Below, piece by piece: positions 47,239 to 54,577 of a stretch of DNA of 64,000 nucleotides (within the stretch, counting starts at the first letter, position 1; every line of letters begins with the position of its first letter). The notes under the pieces are model-generated. The model saw only the letters and a list, made by a program, of their open reading frames with translations. It did no database searches and was not told where the DNA came from. Where the stretch lies: positions 1 to 64,000 of the IMG/VR virus record IMGVR_UViG_3300020391_000003; one strand, given 5' to 3'. Source of the stretch: a virus. Both the position numbers and the translations under genes were made by a program.

Positions 47239-48057
47239 TTATACCTTTCCTTCTTCTATGTCACTGTCAAGTTTTTCAAAGTCTGCTTTAGAAACCGCAC
47301 CAGAACTGTAGTACCAAAAACTATACAAAGCGGCAACCTTTCCGCCAATTAAATCGTAAATAACATCTCCGTCTTCTTCAAGTTCATAATATCTATCAAG
47401 CTTTTGTTCAAAGCTATTACCCTCAAACAAAGGAGACATCTTATCTTCATCTTCTTTTTGAATAAAAGTTAAATACAATATATACCATTGAATAACTCTA
47501 TTTTCTGCTCTAACATCTGCAGTATGATTAAATAAATTAGAATATGAAGTTTCAACATTAACAATATCTTTTCTTAAAACAGAAATTTCGCCTGCAATTT
47601 CTTCGATTCGTTTTTTGTCTTTTTCAGACTGCTTGTTTTTGATTTGAATTTTTTCGCTTTCCTGAGACAGTTCTCCATATCTGACATACATTTTTGTCAA
47701 TTCTTTTGCATCATCTTCGGCCATCAAGCCTCCAGTATCACTATATTTCTTAGCAAGCATGGCTTTTGTTAAAATACCTTTCTTTATGCAGTTACTCATT
47801 TCTACGCTAAACTCTAGTTCTGCGTCTTCAATTTGCCTGCGAGTAGGCTGCTTCATAATCACTCTATATGGAACTTCTTCTGTGACCTCCTTGGTTACAG
47901 AAACTTCCTCCATTTGTTTTGTTTCTGGATTTTCCAGACTTTGCGTTTCTGTGCGTTTAACTTTTTCTTCTTTTTCAAAAGTAAAGCTGTAAATTTCTCG
48001 AAGTTTCTTTCGAGTATCATCCATTGTTTCTGTTTTTTCTGCGACTGCTTCTGCCAT
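47239..48057 (-). CDS. Putative tail assembly chaperone (first paralogue)
   Basis: KQPTRRQIEDAELEF...CIKKGILTKAML aligns with KHLTPHDQVELEEIEEKY...ALRKGVPTEEDML. Confidence 0.55.
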   Translation of the reverse strand: MAEAVAEKTETMDDTRKKLREIYSFTFEKEEKVKRTETQSLENPETKQMEEVSVTKEVTEEVPYRVIMKQPTRRQIEDAELEFSVEMSNCIKKGILTKAMLAKKYSDTGGLMAEDDAKELTKMYVRYGELSQESEKIQIKNKQSEKDKKRIEEIAGEISVLRKDIVNVETSYSNLFNHTADVRAENRVIQWYILYLTFIQKEDEDKMSPLFEGNSFEQKLDRYYELEEDGDVIYDLIGGKVAALYSFWYYSSGAVSKADFEKLDSDIEEGKV

Positions 48058-48065
48058 AATAATTT

Positions 48066-48353
48066 TTATTTAAATGTGAATCCTATAGTATAATTATCTA
48101 ATTCGCTTTCGATATTTCTAATTGTTTCGTTACCAATATCTAAAGTTCTTTTTCTAAGATATTGTAATTTATCCATATCAAAGTAATCAGCTTGATCGAT
48201 AATAGGCTCACAGCCTTCTGGTAGATTCTTTTTTAATTTATTGAATTGAATCTGATGCTCATTATGCAAGTCTTCAAGCATAACGAGGAAACCCTTAAAT
48301 AGGGAAACCGTACTCCTTTGACAGGACTTTTTGAAAATACCTTCTGCGTCCAT
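48066..48353 (-). CDS. Hypothetical protein
   Basis: 95-aa ORF leading the minus-strand tail operon. Confidence 0.7.
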   Translation of the reverse strand: MDAEGIFKKSCQRSTVSLFKGFLVMLEDLHNEHQIQFNKLKKNLPEGCEPIIDQADYFDMDKLQYLRKRTLDIGNETIRNIESELDNYTIGFTFK

Positions 48354-48376
48354 AAACCTTATACCTAATAGTCATA

Positions 48377-48381
48377 TACAC
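48377..48381 (-). promoter_or_regulatory. GTGTA motif, candidate late promoter
   Basis: ttttttGTGTAtatgac, 23 nt before the 48353 start; back-to-back with 48396-48400. Confidence 0.55.
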
Positions 48382-48395
48382 AAAAAAATTATTTA

Positions 48396-48400
48396 GTGTA
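48396..48400 (+). promoter_or_regulatory. GTGTA motif, candidate late promoter
   Basis: tatttaGTGTAaaactatgcATG, 9 nt before 48410. Confidence 0.55.
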
Positions 48401-48409
48401 AAACTATGC

Positions 48410-48871
48410 ATGGCAGAATTTTTATCATCTTCTGAAAGAGCTAGCATCGCATCCAATTTACTTGATCTTCATGATACATTTGGAAGAGATATTGTTGTAT
48501 ATAAAGAAGCGCAAAAAGTTATTATTAGTACAGACCCTAGTTACAACTATTTATATAACACTGCCAGCTCGGCAAATAAAACCATTGAAAATGCTCCAGT
48601 CAAAAAAGTATTTAAAGCAAGAATTAGATATGATACAGACCGTTCCTTAGAATACTTTGGAGATACTGATGCACAGGTCAAAGTTTCGAAACCAGATGCA
48701 AACAGTCTTGTTCGCATAAAATTAAAAGTTGAAGATTATTCTTATATTAGAGAGGCTAAAAGAGTTGAGCTAGATGGCAGAATGTTTCATGTAGAGTCTG
48801 ACCCCAGGGCACATGGACTATTTGATGTAATTCAATTTTATACTTTATATCTAAGACCTATCGAAGTTTAA
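48410..48871 (+). CDS. Head-tail joining/closure-like protein (putative)
   Basis: Size, position and beta-rich pattern (FKARIRY...VRIKL...RVELDGRMFHV...FYTLYLR). Confidence 0.5.
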   Translation: MAEFLSSSERASIASNLLDLHDTFGRDIVVYKEAQKVIISTDPSYNYLYNTASSANKTIENAPVKKVFKARIRYDTDRSLEYFGDTDAQVKVSKPDANSLVRIKLKVEDYSYIREAKRVELDGRMFHVESDPRAHGLFDVIQFYTLYLRPIEV

Positions 48872-48874
48872 AAC

Positions 48875-49498
48875 ATGACAGCCCGCCTTTCCAGATCACT
48901 CAAAGCTTCTATCAAGAAACAACTTCAAAGAGATTCTCAAGTTATGGCTCAAACCAGAGCAATTATTCGTGGTCAGTTTGAAGTTTTACATAAAAAAATG
49001 ATGCAAGACTTTGAGGGTCATCCAGTTACAAGAGAATTAAAGTCTGGGCCAGGCTCTTCGAACATAAGCGGATCATTGCCAAGAGGAAATCTTTTTGGCT
49101 TTATTGGATTCGAAAGCGGAGATGATCCAACATCTCAAATAGAACAACTATTAAGCAGAACAGAAATTGTTTTAAAAAGACGCGCAATGGGATCGAATGG
49201 ATTTATATGGACTTATTTAGTTACAGCTCCTTCTCTTAGTCAACTTTATAAAGCGACGCCCATGCCTTGGGCAAACGGTCTTAGTTGGCTGCAAGAAATG
49301 GAGGGCAAAGGTATTCCTAATTTAGGTCAGTACATGTATAAAAGGTCTAGCGTTGGTAGATCAGGAGCAGGAATACAGAACACAAAATTATCAGGAGGAG
49401 GCAGAGTAAAAATAGATTATGTTAAATCTTTGTTGAATAAATTTGAATCTGATTTAAATTCAATAAACGCAGCAAGAGTTTCCAAAAAATATTTCTAA
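48875..49498 (+). CDS. Neck/tail completion-like protein (putative)
   Basis: Basic protein lying between the closure-like and terminator-like genes; assignment mainly by synteny. Confidence 0.4.
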   Translation: MTARLSRSLKASIKKQLQRDSQVMAQTRAIIRGQFEVLHKKMMQDFEGHPVTRELKSGPGSSNISGSLPRGNLFGFIGFESGDDPTSQIEQLLSRTEIVLKRRAMGSNGFIWTYLVTAPSLSQLYKATPMPWANGLSWLQEMEGKGIPNLGQYMYKRSSVGRSGAGIQNTKLSGGGRVKIDYVKSLLNKFESDLNSINAARVSKKYF

Positions 49499-50346
49499 TG
49501 AAACCACAATTCCAACACGAACTCACAACAAGCTTTATGCTTTGGGCAGACAATTATATTGTTAGAAGAGCAGATGCTTTCACAAATTTCACCTCTACAT
49601 TTTACGCAAACGATACAGATGATAGACTTGATCCAACTTTAGTTGGATATAGCAGCCCTCACAAACAATGGGTATATGACTCCAGCATTGAAGGAGCAAA
49701 TGTTCCTAGCGGAGTTTATAATGATGGCACATTTTTAAGCAGAGGAGATAATGGTCTGCAGTTTGATTTTGACAATGGTCGCGCACTTTTTGATTCAAGC
49801 TTTGGAACAACAAATACAACAGTGAGTGGATCATATTCAGTTAAAGATTTTAATTTTTATATTACAAATCAAACAGAAGAACAATTAATTATAGACAGCA
49901 AATTTGATACAAATGGAAGATTTAAACAAGACGTATCAGGAATTGCTCCATATAAACAAGTTATTCCTGCAATTTTTGTGAACCCAGAACTTTCTGAAAA
50001 TGAACCATATGCATTTGGTGGAGAAGATAAAACTACAACAAATATTAGATGTGTTGTTTTTGCAGAAAATACTTTTCAATTAGATGGAGCATTGTCTGTA
50101 TTTGCAGATTCTAAAAATGAAGTATTTGCAAAATTAAATTTTGAAGATTATCCATTCAATGAATATGGAGATGTAACAGGATTTAATTACAGAGACTTTG
50201 TTTCTTGCAGAAGATATCCACTTGTTCATGTTGAAGAAGCAAGAGTTTCCAAGCTGAGCGACAGAGTAAGTAAAAATGTTGATCCTTCTTTGTTTGTCGG
50301 GTTCATTGACTTTGAAGTAACCAACACAAGATTCCCAAGGAAGTAA
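49498..50346 (+). CDS. Tail terminator-like protein (putative)
   Basis: PAIFV...YAFGGEDKTTTNIRCVVFAE...GFIDFEV; directly precedes the tube gene. Confidence 0.45.
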   Translation: MKPQFQHELTTSFMLWADNYIVRRADAFTNFTSTFYANDTDDRLDPTLVGYSSPHKQWVYDSSIEGANVPSGVYNDGTFLSRGDNGLQFDFDNGRALFDSSFGTTNTTVSGSYSVKDFNFYITNQTEEQLIIDSKFDTNGRFKQDVSGIAPYKQVIPAIFVNPELSENEPYAFGGEDKTTTNIRCVVFAENTFQLDGALSVFADSKNEVFAKLNFEDYPFNEYGDVTGFNYRDFVSCRRYPLVHVEEARVSKLSDRVSKNVDPSLFVGFIDFEVTNTRFPRK

Positions 50347-50406
50347 ACTTCCCTTTTTTACAGAAAAAATGTAACATAATCAGAAACCAACCTTATATAT
50401 AATATT

Positions 50407-51771
50407 ATGGCAAAAAAACTACCAGGACGCGCAAGAGTAATTTATCAAAGTGAAGCTCTTTATGTCGGCACGGTTGACGCAACAGGGTATCACTTCGCAG
50501 ATGGCGATGTTGGACAAAAAACCTCTGCTGGCGCATCTCAAACTGGCATTCAGCAACTTCGCAGGGTTCAAAGTGCAAACTACAGCTTCAGCATTAATCG
50601 TCAAGATGTCAATCAATTTGGCCAACTTGCGAGAATTGATTCTGTGTCTATTGAACCTCCCACAGTTACTCTTGATTATTCTTATTATTTAACAAACGGG
50701 TTAAATGAAAGATTGATGGGAATGAACGTTAGCGGCGACAATACTGCGCTTGCTAGCGAAATCATTGACGGAGTTGTGTGCGGAGAAGATATCAACGCAG
50801 GCGGCAAAAATTACTTTATATTAACGACCTGTGAAGGTCATGATGCAGTTGGAAACAAAGACGATGAAGAAGATAAAAGCGTTATTGCGCTTGGAAATGG
50901 CTTTGTTTCTAATTATTCTATTGAAGCAGCTGTTGGATCCATGCCAACTGCTAGTGTTACCGTTGACGGATTAAATTTAAGAAGTTATACAGGCACTCAA
51001 GATCTTGATATTCCTGCTGTAAATACAAATTTCGGTACGCCAATTAAAGATGTCCAATTTAGTCTTCCTCCAGCAGTTAGTGGAGTTCTTAATGACAGCA
51101 GCACAGCTTCGCTTGCAGATACAGATGAAGATGGCTGGGCATGTTTACGTCCTGGTGATATCACACTTTCTCTTGGTACAGATGGTAGAGCTTCAGAATT
51201 TGAATTGCTTCCTGGAGAAGATCCAAGAGGCGATGAGGGTTTTGGTCAAACAGTTGGAGGCAAAGAAATTGCAACTGGAGCTCTTGCTGAAGGCGTAAAT
51301 GACGATCCAAAAGAAGATTATACAGTTCCTGGTTCTGCTCATATTCAAAGTTTTAGTATCGACGTTCCATTGAGCCGCACAGTTCTTAATAGACTTGGCA
51401 CTCCATATGGATACAGTCGAGTTGTAGATTATCCAGTTAACATTTCTGTTTCGGTTAATGCTATTATGGCAGACCTCAAAGAAGGTAATATTGCAGATCT
51501 TCTGTGGAATACAGAAGAGCACGATTTGGTATTTACAATGAGAGAACCAAATCAATATGGAACTGGAGATGTAGCAATGCAATACATTGTTAAAGGCGCT
51601 CTTCTTGAAGGAGAAGCATTTAGCTCAAGTATTGGAGACAATAAATCTGTAGATGTTACATTTACAGCCCAAGTTGGCGGACCAGAAGATAAAGCAAGAG
51701 GACTTTATATTCTTGGATCTCGTAATGCTCATGCACCTGAAAAACTAGACGGTTGGTACGACGGAAAATAA
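50407..51771 (+). CDS. Major tail tube protein (tandem two-domain type)
   Basis: RVIYQSEALYVG...RVQSANYSFSINRQDVNQFG...PTVTLDYSY; second half HIQSFSIDVPLSR...LG...YPVNISVSV; followed by a strong terminator. Confidence 0.75.
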   Translation: MAKKLPGRARVIYQSEALYVGTVDATGYHFADGDVGQKTSAGASQTGIQQLRRVQSANYSFSINRQDVNQFGQLARIDSVSIEPPTVTLDYSYYLTNGLNERLMGMNVSGDNTALASEIIDGVVCGEDINAGGKNYFILTTCEGHDAVGNKDDEEDKSVIALGNGFVSNYSIEAAVGSMPTASVTVDGLNLRSYTGTQDLDIPAVNTNFGTPIKDVQFSLPPAVSGVLNDSSTASLADTDEDGWACLRPGDITLSLGTDGRASEFELLPGEDPRGDEGFGQTVGGKEIATGALAEGVNDDPKEDYTVPGSAHIQSFSIDVPLSRTVLNRLGTPYGYSRVVDYPVNISVSVNAIMADLKEGNIADLLWNTEEHDLVFTMREPNQYGTGDVAMQYIVKGALLEGEAFSSSIGDNKSVDVTFTAQVGGPEDKARGLYILGSRNAHAPEKLDGWYDGK

Positions 51772-51796
51772 TTCCCCCCCCCGACACCCTCCCACT

Positions 51797-51825
51797 AAAG
51801 CCCGCCTTTTTAGGCGGGCTTTTTA
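51797..51825. terminator. Bidirectional rho-independent terminator
   Basis: aaagcccgcct-tttt-aggcgggcttt (11-bp stem) followed by tt, between two convergent genes. Confidence 0.9.
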
Positions 51826-52986
51826 TTGTCTAAATAATTTAAGGCCCTTGCTTGTGCCAATACCAAATGTAAAAAATGTACCCACAGTCATACTATCTCC
51901 AATTCCTACTCGATAAGCTTGCTGCTTTAATTGTGCGCCCTCAATTAGAAAAGTATTTACAACAGAAGCAAGCTCTACCCTTCCTTCATTAAAAAATCTA
52001 TCAGTATGCTTTATTGTAATATCATATACAGAACCCTCTGTAAAAAATGAGTCAATTTGTCCTTCATCAAATTCTCGCACAATCATTTCAATTGCAGTTG
52101 ATCCAATAATTGGTAATTTTAATTTTCTATCAAACACATAATTACTGCCAAAGCCATAAATGCTCTGCCTAGGAATTGGCACATCAATAGAAACACTTTG
52201 TATTGCTGCGTCTAAACTTTCCAAAGGAACTCCTCCATAATCTCCAGCTTTTTTAGTTATCTCAATCAATATATCTCCAGGCATTATTACATTTGCTCCG
52301 TAAACGATATCTGGATTGAAAGTATCAGAATCCAAAGAAAATCTTTCTGTCGATTGAGGATTCAAAGGATCATTTATTCCAAGCTTTAAAGAAGGAAAAG
52401 TTGGAGGCTTATCATCATTTTGCGGATTCTCATTTTTATATAAATCAAATTTCATATTACTGCAATCGTATGTAATTGACGCAGTTGGTAATTGACCAAC
52501 AGAAGCTTCATAATTATAATCAATCAAAAAAGAATTGCCCAATCCTATAACATTATAATCTTCAAATCTATCTTGATCTTCTACATTATTTAGATCTGTA
52601 TAACTTGATTCATTTGCAGCAACAATAAATATGTTGATATCATCAGTTTTTGAGGTATCAATAAAGTTTTTTAGTATTGTTTCGTCTGAACTAATATTAA
52701 ATCCGATTGCTTCTTCGTTTTCTCCGCTAGAAAATAAATACGAAATATTACATCTTACATCTCCTTGCCTAACAACTGGAGATTCTTCATCTTTTACAAC
52801 TAAATTATCAAAACCCACTGATTTTAAATCTAAAGCTGGATGCGAAAAATCATAATCAATATCTTGTACTCTGATCAAATTTTTAATTTTTGACCCTTCA
52901 GAATTCTCTTCCTTGAATGCAGGAAAGTCTGACACCGCAACGCCCAACCTTTCATAGGTAAATCTATTCAGAGATGTTTTAGCCAT
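51823..52986 (-). CDS. Tail tube paralogue
   Basis: True start MAKTSLNRFTYERLG at 52986. RVQDIDYDF, LGNSFLIDYNYEASVGQLPTASITY and IQSVSIDVPIPRQSIYGFG match 50407-51771. Confidence 0.75.
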   Translation of the reverse strand: MAKTSLNRFTYERLGVAVSDFPAFKEENSEGSKIKNLIRVQDIDYDFSHPALDLKSVGFDNLVVKDEESPVVRQGDVRCNISYLFSSGENEEAIGFNISSDETILKNFIDTSKTDDINIFIVAANESSYTDLNNVEDQDRFEDYNVIGLGNSFLIDYNYEASVGQLPTASITYDCSNMKFDLYKNENPQNDDKPPTFPSLKLGINDPLNPQSTERFSLDSDTFNPDIVYGANVIMPGDILIEITKKAGDYGGVPLESLDAAIQSVSIDVPIPRQSIYGFGSNYVFDRKLKLPIIGSTAIEMIVREFDEGQIDSFFTEGSVYDITIKHTDRFFNEGRVELASVVNTFLIEGAQLKQQAYRVGIGDSMTVGTFFTFGIGTSKGLKLFRQ

Positions 52987-52995
52987 TAAACTGAT

Positions 52996-53000
52996 TACAC
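52996..53000 (-). promoter_or_regulatory. GTGTA motif, candidate late promoter
   Basis: taaaagGTGTAatcagtttaATG, 9 nt before 52986. Confidence 0.55.
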
Positions 53001-53013
53001 CTTTTATAATTAA

Positions 53014-53018
53014 GTGTA
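53014..53018 (+). promoter_or_regulatory. GTGTA motif, candidate late promoter
   Basis: aattaaGTGTAttaataaaagatccgttATG, 17 nt before 53036. Confidence 0.55.
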
Positions 53019-53035
53019 TTAATAAAAGATCCGTT

Positions 53036-54577
53036 ATGCCTAATAAAAGAATCTCAGATTTACCAGAGCGACAGACTTTGTTCTCTGATTCCCCGCCGGA
53101 ACCTTTTCCGAGTTTTGCTAGGGCAACCACGCCTTCTACCAATGATCAAAATTCTTTTTTATTAATTGCAAGACCAAAAGTTAGAAACGAAAAAATTTCT
53201 TTTGCAAATTTAAGAGCATCTATTTTAGACAATTCAATTTATTTAACAGGAGAACAATTAGCAAGCGGAAAAAAAACATTTGTTGATCCTTGTACATTTT
53301 TGGGTAGAACAAATATTAGTGAAGCTATAGATATTACAGAAACTGGAGATATCAGTGGAAATATTTTTGTCGGAGACAGCGGATTATATCAAAACCTTGG
53401 AGTCGGCAGCAACTTTTTTGAACGTCACTCAGATACAGATGATACTTTAGACATCTCTGGAGATTCATGCTTTATTGAAGATATCACTCAAACAGGAAAT
53501 CGCAGACAACTCGGCAATCTTTTTCAAATAGGAGACATTTCTTTATCTGGAGATTATTTTATAACTGGAAATTCTAAAATATTTGGAAATACAGTTCAAT
53601 TTGGAGATATTAATTTTTTAGGCAGTTTTTCTCAAACAGGAGATAACTATACTCAGGGCAAAAAAACAATTACCGGCAATATTGATCTAGGAGAATATTT
53701 ATATCACCATAATGATGTAGATACTTTCGTTAGGTTAAGAAATCACAATATTGATCTCAATGCAGGTTCACAAACTAAAATTCAGCTACAAGAAAACAAT
53801 GGTAATGACGATGATGAAATGATCTTTACTACTAGCGGCGTAGAACAAATGCGCTTAACTCAAAAAGGATTTTTGTCAATTAACTCTTCTGAACCTATAG
53901 GAGAACTTTCAGTTTCAGGAAAAGCTTTTACTCAAGATGGATTTATTTTCGACAACCCAGATAAAAAATTCTATAAAATTTTTGGAGGAGATGACGAAAC
54001 CGTTGCGTTCAAAACATCTTTAACAAACAACCTTTCTGAAAGTTCTCAAGTTGGACAAGATGAATATAAAATTAATTTTCCTAAAACATTTAAAACCCAT
54101 CCAGTTGTATCTGTTAGTTTAGAACATAGAAACGGAGGAATTATTCCTCCACTAATTATTACTGATGTTACACGGCATGATTTTATTGTAAAATTTGCAG
54201 CCCCTCTTTTGGATAAAGAATATTTTTTATATACTACTGCCTTAAGTCCATCAATATTAAACGAAGTTAATGGCATTTATTATGACGAATATCCTCATGT
54301 AACTTGTTCCGACCACGCGCAAAATAGACACGGCATACAAAGATTTTATACTAGATTACAAAAAGATTCAGATGAACATGAAATATTCTTTCCTTTTGGA
54401 TATCAAGACGCGCCAGCAGTTACTTTAACATTAGAAGGGCCAAACAAGATTATTCCTTACGCAATATCTAGTGTAAACAGTAGTTCATACACTATAATTT
54501 TCGGAACAAATGTCAATCAAGATTACACAGTACATACATTTTCTAGTTTTGAGGGAACAAAAAGGCTTGCATTATGA
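53036..54577 (+). CDS. Fibre/whisker-like protein with two C-terminal H-type-lectin-like domains
   Basis: NKRISDL N-terminus, TG/SG-rich beta repeats, YKINFPKTFKTHPVVSVSLE and HEIFFPFGYQDAPAVTLTLE. Confidence 0.6.
   Translation: MPNKRISDLPERQTLFSDSPPEPFPSFARATTPSTNDQNSFLLIARPKVRNEKISFANLRASILDNSIYLTGEQLASGKKTFVDPCTFLGRTNISEAIDITETGDISGNIFVGDSGLYQNLGVGSNFFERHSDTDDTLDISGDSCFIEDITQTGNRRQLGNLFQIGDISLSGDYFITGNSKIFGNTVQFGDINFLGSFSQTGDNYTQGKKTITGNIDLGEYLYHHNDVDTFVRLRNHNIDLNAGSQTKIQLQENNGNDDDEMIFTTSGVEQMRLTQKGFLSINSSEPIGELSVSGKAFTQDGFIFDNPDKKFYKIFGGDDETVAFKTSLTNNLSESSQVGQDEYKINFPKTFKTHPVVSVSLEHRNGGIIPPLIITDVTRHDFIVKFAAPLLDKEYFLYTTALSPSILNEVNGIYYDEYPHVTCSDHAQNRHGIQRFYTRLQKDSDEHEIFFPFGYQDAPAVTLTLEGPNKIIPYAISSVNSSSYTIIFGTNVNQDYTVHTFSSFEGTKRLAL

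Noticed and set aside
47230-47250. Programmed frameshift between the two pre-TMP genes
   Set aside because: No X-XXY-YYZ heptamer near the stop, and the downstream gene has its own GTG start and is a full paralogue.
18325-47992. Numerous 60-130-aa plus-strand ORFs antisense to the tail genes
   Set aside because: They are fully nested opposite well-supported CDSs, have low-complexity Ser/Phe/Leu-rich translations typical of antisense frames, and show no recognisable motifs.
52987-53142. N-terminal extension of the 51823-53142 ORF
   Set aside because: It overlaps the divergent gene 53036-54577 and the promoter motifs. Homology to the tube protein starts at Met 52986.
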